A DNA stretch of 64,000 nt from Acidobacteriota bacterium (GTDB lineage: Bacteria; Acidobacteriota; Vicinamibacteria; Vicinamibacterales; UBA2999): NCBI GenBank assembly GCA_963169195.1, contig CAUJDN010000061.1:19833-83832 (forward strand). The letters run 5' to 3'. The notes under the pieces were generated by a model. That model did no database searches. It was not told where the DNA came from and saw only the letters and a list, made by a program, of their open reading frames with translations. Made by a program: the position numbers and the translations under genes. Shown one piece after another: positions 39,967 through 48,642 of this stretch (the stretch's first letter is position 1; each line of letters opens with the position of its first letter).

Positions 39967-41666
39967 CTCGCTCGATCCGCCTCACCATCCTGGGACTGCT
40001 GCTCGCGCTGGCGGCACTCGCCGCTGTCACGCCGCGGCTCCTGCCCCCTCCGGCTGCGGCCACCCCCGCCCCGCACTGGCGTCCAGAGGGCCCGGTCATC
40101 CGCGGCGCCTACCACATCCATTCCACCGCCTCCGATGGCACCGGCGACCTCGATGAGATCGCCGGCGCAGCCGCCCGCGCCGGGCTGCAGTTCGTCATCC
40201 TGACGGATCACGGGGACGGCACCCGGACCCCGGCGGCCCCGCACTACCGCTCCGGCGTCCTCTGCATCGAGGCCGTGGAGATCAACACGGCGGCCGGTCA
40301 CCTCGTCGCGCTTGGAGCCCGTCCGTCGGCCTACCCGCTGGCGGGCACGGGGCGGGCGGTGCTCGAGGATGTCCATCGCCTGGGAGGCACGGGTGTGGCG
40401 GCTCACCCGGGTTCGCCCCGCGACTCGCTGAAGTGGACGGCGTGGGACCTGCCAATCGATGGCCTGGAGTGGCTGAACGCCGACAGCGAGTGGCGCGACG
40501 AGCTCCTCGGCTCGCTCGGGCGCCTGCTCCTGACCGGCGCGCTGCGCCCGGCGGAGACGCTCGCGTCGATCCTGGACCGCCCGGCCGACGTGATGAGCCG
40601 GTGGGACGCGCTGACCAGGCACGCACGCGTCGTGGGGCTGGCCGGCGCCGATGCGCACGCCCGGCTCGGGTTCCGCCGGCAGACCGAGCCGTACGAGGGG
40701 TGGCACCTGAGGATCCCTTCGTACGAAGCGTCCTTCCGCACGTTCGCGCTGCGCGTACCGCTGGACGTGCCGCTCTCCGGCGATGCCCGGCGCGATGCGG
40801 CCGACATCATCATGCGGCTCCGTGGCGGGCGCACGTTCACCATCGTCGACGGCCTTGCCACGCCCGGCACGTTCGAGTTCACCGCGACCAGCGCGGACCG
40901 CACGGCCCGGATGGGTGACTACCTGGACGTCGTCGGGGATGTGATGCTCCATGTGCGGATGGCCGGGCCTCCTGGCGCGCGCATGGTCGTCCTCAAGGAC
41001 GGCGTGTCGATCTTCGACACCACGGAGCCAGAGACGCACCTCGGGGTCACGACCGAGCCGGCCGTGTATCGAATCGAGGTCCACGTCCCGGGCGCCTCGG
41101 GCAACCCGCCCGTCCCATGGCTCGTGTCGAACCCCATCTACGTGGGGCTGCGCCACGTCCATGAGCGCGGGCGGCCGACAGCCCGGCGCCCGGCGATTCG
41201 CGCACGCGACGGCATCGACATCGCCACGTGGACACGCGAGGCCAGTCCGGGTTCCAGCAGCTCGTTGGAGGCGGCGGCCCCCGCCGATGGAGAGGTGGCG
41301 TGGCCGTGGCACGTCGCGCTCGCCGGCGGCGTGCCCGCGGGGCAGTACGCGGCCATCCGATTCCCCCTCGAGGGGCTCACGGGACACGACCGGCTCGAGT
41401 TGCGGGCGAGGGCCGACCGCCCGATGCGGGTCTGGCTGCAGGTGCGCACGCGCGGCGGCGAGCGATGGGGGCGCACCGTCTACCTGGACGACGTGTTCCG
41501 GGCCGAGGACGTGTTCTTCGACGAGTTCGAGCCGCTGGGCGTCACCTCGACGGAGGCGCCGCCGCTCGATGCGGTCGATGCGGTGCTGCTCGTCGTGGAC
41601 ACGCTCAACACGCGCCCGGGTTTCGCCGGACGACTCCAGATCGCGGCGCTGTCGCTGGGGCAGTAG
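39963..41666 (+). CDS. Membrane-anchored PHP-domain (CehA/McbA-like) metallohydrolase with C-terminal beta-rich domains
   Basis: The GTG overlaps the xerD stop. N-terminal TM, then ..GAYHIHSTASDGTG.. and ..VILTDHGD.. PHP metal motifs. Confidence 0.7.
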   Translation: MTRSIRLTILGLLLALAALAAVTPRLLPPPAAATPAPHWRPEGPVIRGAYHIHSTASDGTGDLDEIAGAAARAGLQFVILTDHGDGTRTPAAPHYRSGVLCIEAVEINTAAGHLVALGARPSAYPLAGTGRAVLEDVHRLGGTGVAAHPGSPRDSLKWTAWDLPIDGLEWLNADSEWRDELLGSLGRLLLTGALRPAETLASILDRPADVMSRWDALTRHARVVGLAGADAHARLGFRRQTEPYEGWHLRIPSYEASFRTFALRVPLDVPLSGDARRDAADIIMRLRGGRTFTIVDGLATPGTFEFTATSADRTARMGDYLDVVGDVMLHVRMAGPPGARMVVLKDGVSIFDTTEPETHLGVTTEPAVYRIEVHVPGASGNPPVPWLVSNPIYVGLRHVHERGRPTARRPAIRARDGIDIATWTREASPGSSSSLEAAAPADGEVAWPWHVALAGGVPAGQYAAIRFPLEGLTGHDRLELRARADRPMRVWLQVRTRGGERWGRTVYLDDVFRAEDVFFDEFEPLGVTSTEAPPLDAVDAVLLVVDTLNTRPGFAGRLQIAALSLGQ

Positions 41667-41728
41667 GGGCGGCCCGGGAGGTCGCCGTGGGCGAGGGGCA
41701 CCAGACTTGCTCAGGACCTTGCCGAGTC

Positions 41729-42277
41729 ATGCCCGTTCCCCCTGCGGCTCTCAGTTTCGACCAGGTTCACTGGCCAGCCCTCTACGCCCGCGTGGAGGCC
41801 GAGCCCTCGTATCCCGTTCTGGCGAGGGCAGATGTCGCACGGGCGGTGGTGATGACGCTGCTGCGTACTGCGCGACCCTTCGAGGTCGTTGCCGTGGCGT
41901 ACTGCGTCATGCCCGACCACGTCCAGCTGGTTCTAGCCGCGCTGGCCCCCGGCGGCGACACCCGGACCGCCCTCCGGCGCTGGAAGCAGGTGAGTGGGGC
42001 CGCGCACCGGCGGCGGTCGGGAACCACGCTGTGGCGTCCGCGGTGCGCGGAGCACGCGCTGCGGGATGCCACCGAGCTGTGGGATGCGGTGCGCTACCTC
42101 GCCGACACGCCGGTGCGTGCCGGCCTGGCGCGCGTGGCCGCGGAGTATCGGTGGCTCAGCGCACCTGCCGCTTCGGCACGGCCCCCGGGAGGTGCCGGGC
42201 GGCCGCCGGCGCGCCCGGCCTGGTGGCCGGACCGCGTCACTTCGGGATGTCGTACCGGATACTCATCTCCCAGATGA
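41729..42277 (+). CDS. IS200/REP-associated tyrosine transposase-like (Y1/HUH fold) protein, single copy
   Basis: ..AYCVMPDHVQLVL.. occupies the position of the HUH motif (read here as H-V-Q). ..LWRPRCAEHALRD.. and ..AVRYLADTPVRAGLA..YRWLS match the family layout. No terminal repeats seen. Confidence 0.68.
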   Translation: MPVPPAALSFDQVHWPALYARVEAEPSYPVLARADVARAVVMTLLRTARPFEVVAVAYCVMPDHVQLVLAALAPGGDTRTALRRWKQVSGAAHRRRSGTTLWRPRCAEHALRDATELWDAVRYLADTPVRAGLARVAAEYRWLSAPAASARPPGGAGRPPARPAWWPDRVTSGCRTGYSSPR

Positions 42278-42482
42278 GGACCGCGATGCCCGTCGCGAGC
42301 AGCCCGCCGCCGACGGCGAGCACCGCCAGCGCGTTGAAGAATGGCGGAGTCCCGCGTTCGCCCGCCTGCATGGCGACGATGAGCAGAGCGAACCCGCCCG
42401 CAATCACCACCAGCGACGCCATGAGGGCCACGACGCCGAGCAGGGCGCGGACGAACGACTTCTGGCTGCGTGTGGGCGGCAT
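42237..42482 (-). CDS. Small two-TM membrane protein (81 aa), immediately downstream of lptFG
   Basis: Starts 3 nt after the lptFG stop. Two hydrophobic helices (..LLGVVALMASLVVIAGGFALLIVAM.., ..ALAVLAVGGGLLATGIAVLIW..). No family assigned. Confidence 0.45.
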   Translation of the reverse strand: MPPTRSQKSFVRALLGVVALMASLVVIAGGFALLIVAMQAGERGTPPFFNALAVLAVGGGLLATGIAVLIWEMSIRYDIPK

Positions 42483-42484
42483 GA

Positions 42485-44851
42485 TCAGGTCCGCACCGTG
42501 AGCAGCAGGTAGGCGGCCGCGGCGCCGAACAGCAGGTTGGGCGCCCAGGCCGCCAGCAGCGGGCTGATGAGGCCCCCCGCGCCGAACGCCGCGAAGACGG
42601 AGATCGTCGTCCAGTAGACCAGTGCGAGGACGATGCCTACGCCGATGCCGTACATGGCGCCACGGCGGCCGGTCGTGACCGCGAACGGTACCGCGATGAA
42701 GGTCATCACGAGTGTGACGAAGGGAAAGGCCACCTTGCGGTACAGCTCCACTTCGTGCTCGAGCACCTCGTAGCCGCTCTGGCGCAGCTCGGTGATGTAG
42801 CGGCTCAGCTGCGGGTAGGTCATCCGGCGCGGCTCGGGCACCTCCGTCACGAAGTAGTCGGCGGCCTCGATGGTCAGCGTCGCCTCATCGAAGGGCTCGA
42901 AGGCCTGGATGTCGTCCTTCGCTCCAAACCACCGTGTCCACCCGAGGCTGGCCCGCCAGCGGGCTGGCGCGCCAGGGGCGTCACCCGGGCCCGTGAAGAC
43001 CGCGCGCGTCGCGTACGCGCGACGGGTCAGAGCGTGCGTGTCCGGATCGAACTCGAGCACCGAGAGCCCGTTCAGCTCGCGGGTTCGCGGGTTGAAGTAC
43101 TGGTAGTGGTACACCTCGCCCCTGCGGCCGACGATCCATTTCCGGTTCAGCACGTCGAAGGTCTGCGCCGATCCCCCTCGGATGAGGTGCTTCAGTTCAT
43201 CCGCGCGCCGGTTGGCCAGCGCCAGGACGCGCTCCTCCATGCCGAACAGCACCGCACTGGCGATGAGCGCGAACACCAGCATCGGCGCGGCGGTCCGGTA
43301 CAGGCTGATGCCGCACGCCCGCATCACGATGAGCTCGCTGTTCTTGGTGAGGAGGCCAATCGTCACGAGGGCCGACAGCAGCACGGCGAGCGCGATGATG
43401 TAGGCCATGAACTGCGGCGTGGACCACCAGAGGAAGGCGAGGAGCTGGCCCAGGGTGGTCTGGCCCTTGAACCACTTGTCCGACAGGTCGATGAACGTCG
43501 AGATGTAGAACAGGCCGAGCATGGCGATGACCGTCATGCCGAGGATGCGCAGGTACTGCCGCGCGACGTAGATGTCGAGCAGGTTGGGACGCGGCAGCTC
43601 CAGTGGCGGGATGCGGATGACCACGAGGACGCGGTCGCCTGGGGGCGATGCCGGCTCGGCGCCCGCCTGTGGCGACTCGCTCGCCGGCCGCCACCGGGCC
43701 GTCATCCAGCGGGGGAGCGCGAGGCGGGGAAGGGAGATGCGAATGGGCTGATCCGCCGATCGGGCGCGCGACATCAGGAGGGCGACGCCGACGACGCCCA
43801 GCACGATGTTCGGCACCCACATCGACAGCCAGGCCGGGATGAGGTGGCCCTTCGTCATGGCCTGCGCCGTGAACATGAGCACGTAGTAGACGAAGATGAC
43901 CCCGATGCCCAGGACGAAGCTGGCGAGCTTGCCGTCCTTCCGGTTGCTCGCGCCAAGGGCCAGGCCGAGCAGCGCGAACACGAAACACGCCACCGGGATG
44001 GAGAATTTCTTGTGGATCTCCATGATGGCGTTGTGGGGCGAGACGCCGTTGGCCTCGAGCTCGGCCACGCGCGCGCGGAGCTCGGCGATGGAGAGCTCCC
44101 GGTCCCCCCGCGCCGGGCCGTTCCTCGGGAACACGCTCTCCGGATCCAGGCTCACGACCATCTGCTCGAACCGCAGCACCTCGTAGGCGGCCGGGTTGTC
44201 GAGGGTCGTGGTGTGGCGCGAGCCGTTCTGCAGCACCATCTGGATCGTGCGAGCCTGGCGATCCACCAGCATGCGCCCCGACCTCGCCAGGAAGATGACC
44301 GGCTGGACCGGGTTCTTGGTGTCGGCCGCGAGGACGTCCTGCCAGCCGCCCGTGCGCGGGACCTCGCGCACGTAGAGCACGGTGTTGGGGAAGTCCTCGA
44401 AGAAGACCCTCGGCCGGACCTCGCCCTCGGCGCGATCCGCGACGATCTGCATCGTCAGCTCGCGGAAGTTCTGGTTCGCGTCGGGCATCGCCTTGAGCAG
44501 CACCCAGGACGAGGCGCCCCAGGCCACGACGGCGAGGACGGCAACGGGCCGGAGGAGGCGATACGGGCTGATGCCGCACGCCATCATCACGACGACCTCA
44601 CGGTCCGCCGAGAGGCGCCCGAAGGCCACGAGGATGCCGATGAGCAGCGCCATCGGGATGGTCAGCGCCAGGGCCGAGGGCAGCAGCGTCACCATGAGGC
44701 GCAGCAGCATGGGCCAGGGCACTCCCTTGGCAATCATCTGCTCGGCCAGCTCGATGATGAAGGGGATGATGAGGATGAACGTGAAGACCAGCAGGGCGAT
44801 CGCGAACGGCGGGAGGATTTCCCGGATGACGTACCGATCGAGGGTCTTCAT
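42485..44851 (-). CDS. Fused LptF-LptG lipopolysaccharide export permease (two YjgP/YjgQ modules in one 788-aa chain)
   Basis: Module 1 is MKTLDRYVIREILPPFAIALLVF...MMACGISPYRL.. and module 2 is ..LDIYVARQYLRILGMTVIAM...MRACGISLYRT... They are joined by a Pro/Arg-rich linker. Confidence 0.85.
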   Translation of the reverse strand: MKTLDRYVIREILPPFAIALLVFTFILIIPFIIELAEQMIAKGVPWPMLLRLMVTLLPSALALTIPMALLIGILVAFGRLSADREVVVMMACGISPYRLLRPVAVLAVVAWGASSWVLLKAMPDANQNFRELTMQIVADRAEGEVRPRVFFEDFPNTVLYVREVPRTGGWQDVLAADTKNPVQPVIFLARSGRMLVDRQARTIQMVLQNGSRHTTTLDNPAAYEVLRFEQMVVSLDPESVFPRNGPARGDRELSIAELRARVAELEANGVSPHNAIMEIHKKFSIPVACFVFALLGLALGASNRKDGKLASFVLGIGVIFVYYVLMFTAQAMTKGHLIPAWLSMWVPNIVLGVVGVALLMSRARSADQPIRISLPRLALPRWMTARWRPASESPQAGAEPASPPGDRVLVVIRIPPLELPRPNLLDIYVARQYLRILGMTVIAMLGLFYISTFIDLSDKWFKGQTTLGQLLAFLWWSTPQFMAYIIALAVLLSALVTIGLLTKNSELIVMRACGISLYRTAAPMLVFALIASAVLFGMEERVLALANRRADELKHLIRGGSAQTFDVLNRKWIVGRRGEVYHYQYFNPRTRELNGLSVLEFDPDTHALTRRAYATRAVFTGPGDAPGAPARWRASLGWTRWFGAKDDIQAFEPFDEATLTIEAADYFVTEVPEPRRMTYPQLSRYITELRQSGYEVLEHEVELYRKVAFPFVTLVMTFIAVPFAVTTGRRGAMYGIGVGIVLALVYWTTISVFAAFGAGGLISPLLAAWAPNLLFGAAAAYLLLTVRT

Positions 44852-44892
44852 GCCTTCCCGGCTTATTATCGCCTGAACCTCCCACCCGACCG

Positions 44893-46542
44893 ATGACTCG
44901 CCTCGCCATCCTCTGGCACATGCACCAGCCCTTCTACCAGGACCTCGCGACGGGCGAGCATGCGCTGCCGTGGGCGCGCCTGCACGCGCTGAAGGACTAC
45001 CGGGGCATGGTGGACGTCCTCGAGGCCTTCCCGGCCGTGCGGGCCACGTTCAACCTGGTGCCGTCCCTCGTGCGCCAGGTGGACGACTACGCCGCGGGTG
45101 CGGGGACCGATCGGCTGCTGCGGGTGGGCTTGACGCCCGCCGACATGTTGACCGCGGACGATCGGGCGTTCCTGGTGGCGAACGGTTTCCATGCGTCCTT
45201 CGAACGCCTGATTGCGCCGCACCCGCGCTACGCCGAGCTCCACGCCGCGCGCGAGCAGGCCGCGGGCTGGACGGCCACCGACCTGCGAGACCTGCAGGTC
45301 TGGCACAAGCTCGTCTGGATGGACCCGGACCAGCGGAGGACGGATCCGCGGCTCGTCGGCCTGGCGGGACGTGGCCGCGGGTTCTCGGAAGACGACAAGG
45401 CCGCGCTCCACGCCGCCGAGATGGAGTGGCTGCGGTCCACGGTCGACGCCTATCGCCGGGCGCTGGAGCGAAGGCAGGTGGAGATCTCGACCTCGCCGTT
45501 CTATCACCCGATCCTGCCGCTGCTGTGCGACACGGACGCGCACCTGGCCGCGCATCCTGATGCCGCCCGCCCCGCGCGGCCGTTTCGCCATCCCATCGAC
45601 GCGCGCGAGCAGCTGGCGCGCGCCGTTCGCTTCCACCGCGCCCGGTTTGGCGCGCCGCCCCTGGGCATGTGGCCGCCGGAGGGCGCGGTCTCGAACCTCG
45701 TCGTGCCCATCGTCGCGGCCGAGGGCCTGGGCTGGATGGCAACAGACGAGGGCGTGCTGGCGCGGTCGATGGGCGAGGACCTGCCTCGGGATGGCGACGG
45801 GCTGCCGCTCCGTGCGGACGTGCTGTACCGGCCCTACGAGGTCCAGGCAGGCGGCGCCCGCGTGCGCGTGCTGTTCCGCGACCATGCGCTCTCGGACCGC
45901 GTCGGCTTCCTCTATCAGTCGTGGCAGGCGTCCCATGCCGTGGACGACTTTCTCTGGCGTGTGCGCGAGGGTGCGCGCCGCTTCTCGGAGCGCGAGCCAG
46001 GCCAGGACCCGGTCATCACCGTCGTTCTCGATGGGGAGAACGCCTGGGAACATTATGAAGGCGGCGGCCGGCTGTTCCTGCGGGAGCTCTACGGGCGACT
46101 CCAGGCCGCCACCGACATCCGGACCGTGACGATGGCCGAGGCCGCGAGTGACGGGGCGCGGCCCCTGCCGTCGTTGTTCCAGGGGTCCTGGATTCATGCC
46201 GACTTCTACATCTGGGCCGGCCATCGCGACGACCAGCGGGCCTGGTCACAGTTGAGCGGGGCACGGGCCGCCTACGATGAGCGGGCCCCATTTGTCCCGG
46301 CTGCGGCCCGGGACCGGGCCTACGAGGAACTCCTGATTGCCGAGGGGTCGGACTGGTTCTGGTGGTACGGCGACGACCACTCGTCGCCGCAGGACCGGGA
46401 GTTCGACGAGCAGTTCCGCCGCCACCTGAGGCATGCCTACGAGGCGCTCGGGCTGGTGGCGCCCGCCGAGCTGCTCGAGACCAACATCACCACTGGTGCC
46501 GCGCCGCCCCTGGCAGGTGGCGTGATGGAACCGGCGGAGTGA
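44893..46542 (+). CDS. Glycoside hydrolase family 57 protein (alpha-glucan-active)
   Basis: MTRLAILWHMHQPFYQD.. is the GH57 N-terminal signature. Also ..ISTSPFYHPILPLL.., ..MWPPEGAVS.. and ..DGENAWEHY... Confidence 0.85.
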   Translation: MTRLAILWHMHQPFYQDLATGEHALPWARLHALKDYRGMVDVLEAFPAVRATFNLVPSLVRQVDDYAAGAGTDRLLRVGLTPADMLTADDRAFLVANGFHASFERLIAPHPRYAELHAAREQAAGWTATDLRDLQVWHKLVWMDPDQRRTDPRLVGLAGRGRGFSEDDKAALHAAEMEWLRSTVDAYRRALERRQVEISTSPFYHPILPLLCDTDAHLAAHPDAARPARPFRHPIDAREQLARAVRFHRARFGAPPLGMWPPEGAVSNLVVPIVAAEGLGWMATDEGVLARSMGEDLPRDGDGLPLRADVLYRPYEVQAGGARVRVLFRDHALSDRVGFLYQSWQASHAVDDFLWRVREGARRFSEREPGQDPVITVVLDGENAWEHYEGGGRLFLRELYGRLQAATDIRTVTMAEAASDGARPLPSLFQGSWIHADFYIWAGHRDDQRAWSQLSGARAAYDERAPFVPAAARDRAYEELLIAEGSDWFWWYGDDHSSPQDREFDEQFRRHLRHAYEALGLVAPAELLETNITTGAAPPLAGGVMEPAE

Positions 46543-46650
46543 GTGAGCGGGCCCTTCGGGCAGGCGCTTCGCGTGGGCGCCGGTGCGGTGGGCCCAGGCA
46601 GCCTCAGGTCAAACCCCCGAATACGGAGCCGCAGATCATCAACAGGCAGA

Positions 46651-46705
46651 GAATGCTCGACGTATCGATTACGTCTGATAATAATGATTATGTTAACTAA
46701 CGACC
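46651..46705. other. AT-rich island containing a short hairpin, in the convergent GH57/parB spacer
   Basis: GAATGCTCGACGTATCGATTACGTCTGATAATAATGATTATGTTAACTAACGACC. Hairpin GACGTA-tcgat-TACGTC at 46659..46675. The core at 46676..46702 is only about one fifth G+C by hand count, in otherwise very GC-rich DNA. Confidence 0.6.
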
Positions 46706-46798
46706 GAAAGTCCGCCGCGATTCCGCTGATGAGGCCGCGGCGTTCCCGCAGCACACGCCGAAATCTCACCACATGCCTCAGCGACTGCGGCGCCACCC

Positions 46799-47617
46799 TT
46801 ATTGCTTTCGGAGGTCGTCCAGGATGGCCTCGAGCGCGGCGATGATGTCGTCCTTCGAGGCAGTCTTCTTGTTGAAACGGAGCCGGAGGTTGAAAGCCTT
46901 GCTGGGGGGCCTGAAGGCGAACACGAACGATTTCGGGCGGCCGGCCCTCGGGGGCTGTGACGCCTGCCGGAGCTGTTCGCGCGTGGCACCGCCCTGGCTG
47001 GCAATCTTCTCGACGAGAGCCAGCATCTTCTGGGGGTCGCCCTGGCGGACGATCTGCAGCAGCAGCGACTTGTTGGTGATGCCGGCGAGGCGGCACACCT
47101 TCCGGACGTCAGCCGGGATCGCGTTCAGGGAGAGCGACTCGGTGATCGACGTACGCGACTTCCCCAGGCGCTTGGCAAGATCCTCGTGGGTGTAGCCGCA
47201 GCGCTGGCCCAGGCTCTGGAGAGCCTCGGATTCTTCGAACGGGGTCAGGTCCTTCCGCTGAATGTTCTCGACGAGGGCGAGCTCGAGCATTTCGGTGTCG
47301 TCCACGTCGCGGATGACCACCGGTAACTGGGTGAGGCCTGACTGGACGGCGGCGTGATACCGCCGCTCGCCCGCCACGATCTGGTAGCGGGAGCCTTTCT
47401 GGCGGACGACCAGGGGCTCGATGATGCCCTTTTCCGAGACGGACGAGATGAGCTCGGAGAGGTCGCCCATGGCCTGGCGGGGCTGGTCAGGATTGGGATC
47501 CACGCTCTCGATCGGAACCATCCGCCCCACCGGGGTGCCGGAGGGGGCGGCCAGGGTCTCGACGTAGTGTGCGTCGTGGCGCATGCGCAGGGTCTCGGGC
47601 AAGCCTCGCTTAGACAC
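46799..47617 (-). CDS. parB: Chromosome partitioning protein ParB
   Basis: 272 aa with ParB box ..IVAGERRYHAA.. and HTH ..THEDLAKRLGKSRTSITESL... Its 5' end overlaps the parA 3' end by 8 nt. Confidence 0.92.
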   Translation of the reverse strand: MSKRGLPETLRMRHDAHYVETLAAPSGTPVGRMVPIESVDPNPDQPRQAMGDLSELISSVSEKGIIEPLVVRQKGSRYQIVAGERRYHAAVQSGLTQLPVVIRDVDDTEMLELALVENIQRKDLTPFEESEALQSLGQRCGYTHEDLAKRLGKSRTSITESLSLNAIPADVRKVCRLAGITNKSLLLQIVRQGDPQKMLALVEKIASQGGATREQLRQASQPPRAGRPKSFVFAFRPPSKAFNLRLRFNKKTASKDDIIAALEAILDDLRKQ

Positions 47618-48365
47618 GGTCCATCACCTCCTCGCACAGGCTGTAGTACTCGGTGGCGCCGCTCGACTCCGGAGCGAAGGTGAAGATCGACTCCCGGTAG
47701 GCGGGGCTCTCCTCGAGGCGCACGCTCTTGCTGATCACGGTCCGGAACACCTTGTCGCCGAACACCTTTCGAATCTGATCCTGGATGTCGCGGCCGAGCG
47801 CGGTGCGTTTGTCGTGCATCGTGATCACGACGCCGAGGATCTGGAGCTCGGGATTCGGCCGCTGCCGGACTTTCTCGAAGGTCTCGAGCAGGTCGTCGGT
47901 GCCTTCGAGGGCGAAGTAGGACGATTGGATGGGGATCAGCAAGTGCGTCGAGGCGACGAGGGCATTCACCGTCAGCAGCCCGAGCGCCGGTGGACAGTCG
48001 ATGATGACGTGGTCGTACGCCGGCAGAACGGCCGCGAGCTCATCCTTCAGGCGGAACGGGGCGTCCAACTCGCCCACCATGCGCGACTCGAGTTTCGCCA
48101 GGGCGATCCGGGCGGGGGCAAGCGAGAGGTGCGGCAGCGTCGTAGGCAGGATGACGTCGGCCAGGTGGACCTGGGGATCCACGAAGACGTCGTACAGGCT
48201 ACGCGCGGAGGTGCGCATGTCGATGAACGACATGCTGCTGTTGCCCTGGGGGTCGAGGTCGATCAGCAGAGTCTTGCGGCCGCGCAGCGCGAGGGCTGCC
48301 GCAAGGTTGATGGCCGTCGTCGTCTTGCCGACGCCACCCTTCTGGTTGGCAATGGCGAGAATCAT
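47610..48365 (-). CDS. parA: Chromosome partitioning ATPase ParA/Soj
   Basis: Deviant Walker A ..IANQKGGVGKTTTAINLA... The start is placed at ATG 48365 (MILAIANQ..) because the upstream GTG at 48389 lies only 2 nt downstream of the putative -10 hexamer, upstream of any plausible transcription start. Confidence 0.92.
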   Translation of the reverse strand: MILAIANQKGGVGKTTTAINLAAALALRGRKTLLIDLDPQGNSSMSFIDMRTSARSLYDVFVDPQVHLADVILPTTLPHLSLAPARIALAKLESRMVGELDAPFRLKDELAAVLPAYDHVIIDCPPALGLLTVNALVASTHLLIPIQSSYFALEGTDDLLETFEKVRQRPNPELQILGVVITMHDKRTALGRDIQDQIRKVFGDKVFRTVISKSVRLEESPAYRESIFTFAPESSGATEYYSLCEEVMDRV

Positions 48366-48391
48366 CACGCGGGAGCGTGCGGGTTTCACGC

Positions 48392-48420
48392 ATTGTAGGA
48401 AGCCCCGCGCGCGTCGTCAA
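48392..48420 (-). promoter_or_regulatory. Candidate sigma-70-type promoter for parAB (TTGACG-N17-TACAAT)
   Basis: Minus strand reads cTTGACGacgcgcgcggggcttccTACAATgc. The -35 is at 48420..48415 and the -10 at 48397..48392, ~27 nt upstream of ATG 48365. Confidence 0.4.
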
Positions 48421-48499
48421 GAAAAGACAATGTCGGCCGTGCGGGATTTTCCGCGGCCGTTCATGCTAAATCACTGATTTGCAGCGGGTTGCGGAAATT

Positions 48500-48513
48500 G
48501 TCGGCCGGCCGAC
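48500..48513. other. Perfect 14-nt palindrome GTCGGCCGGCCGAC (hairpin or dimer-binding site) between the nuclease gene and the parA promoter
   Basis: Read directly from the sequence. On the minus strand it is followed by AATTTCC, so it could be a weak intrinsic terminator for the upstream operon. Confidence 0.3.
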
Positions 48514-48571
48514 GGTGTATGCCGAGCCCCAACCGGGCACCTCGCTGTCCACAACGCCCCCAGCAGCGAGC

Positions 48572-48635
48572 CCGGAACCCCAGAACCTCAGAACCCCAGA
48601 ACCTCAGAACCCCAGAACCTCAGAACCTCAGAACC
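48572..48635. repeat. Eight contiguous 8-bp units (YCRGAACC)x8
   Basis: CCGGAACC CCAGAACC TCAGAACC CCAGAACC TCAGAACC CCAGAACC TCAGAACC TCAGAACC. Begins 7 nt beyond the stop of the minus-strand nuclease gene. Confidence 0.95.
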
Positions 48636-48642
48636 CAAGCAT

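Noticed and set aside
41650-42300. REP/BIME elements flanking the RayT-like gene, and a link between it and the intergenic repeat arrays.
   Set aside because: The flanks show only weak 4-bp stems (a GTAG-containing stretch at ~41664). The arrays elsewhere have different unit sequences and are tandem rather than REP-like palindromes. A link is not supportable from this window.
48383-48390. A parS centromere site near parAB (GTTTCACG half-site).
   Set aside because: Only half of the TGTTNCACGTGAAACA palindrome is present (followed by CATTGT). I found no full parS-like palindrome by eye anywhere in the window.
48572-48635. A possible CRISPR array.
   Set aside because: The units are only 8 bp and directly abut with no spacers. 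There are no cas genes in the window.
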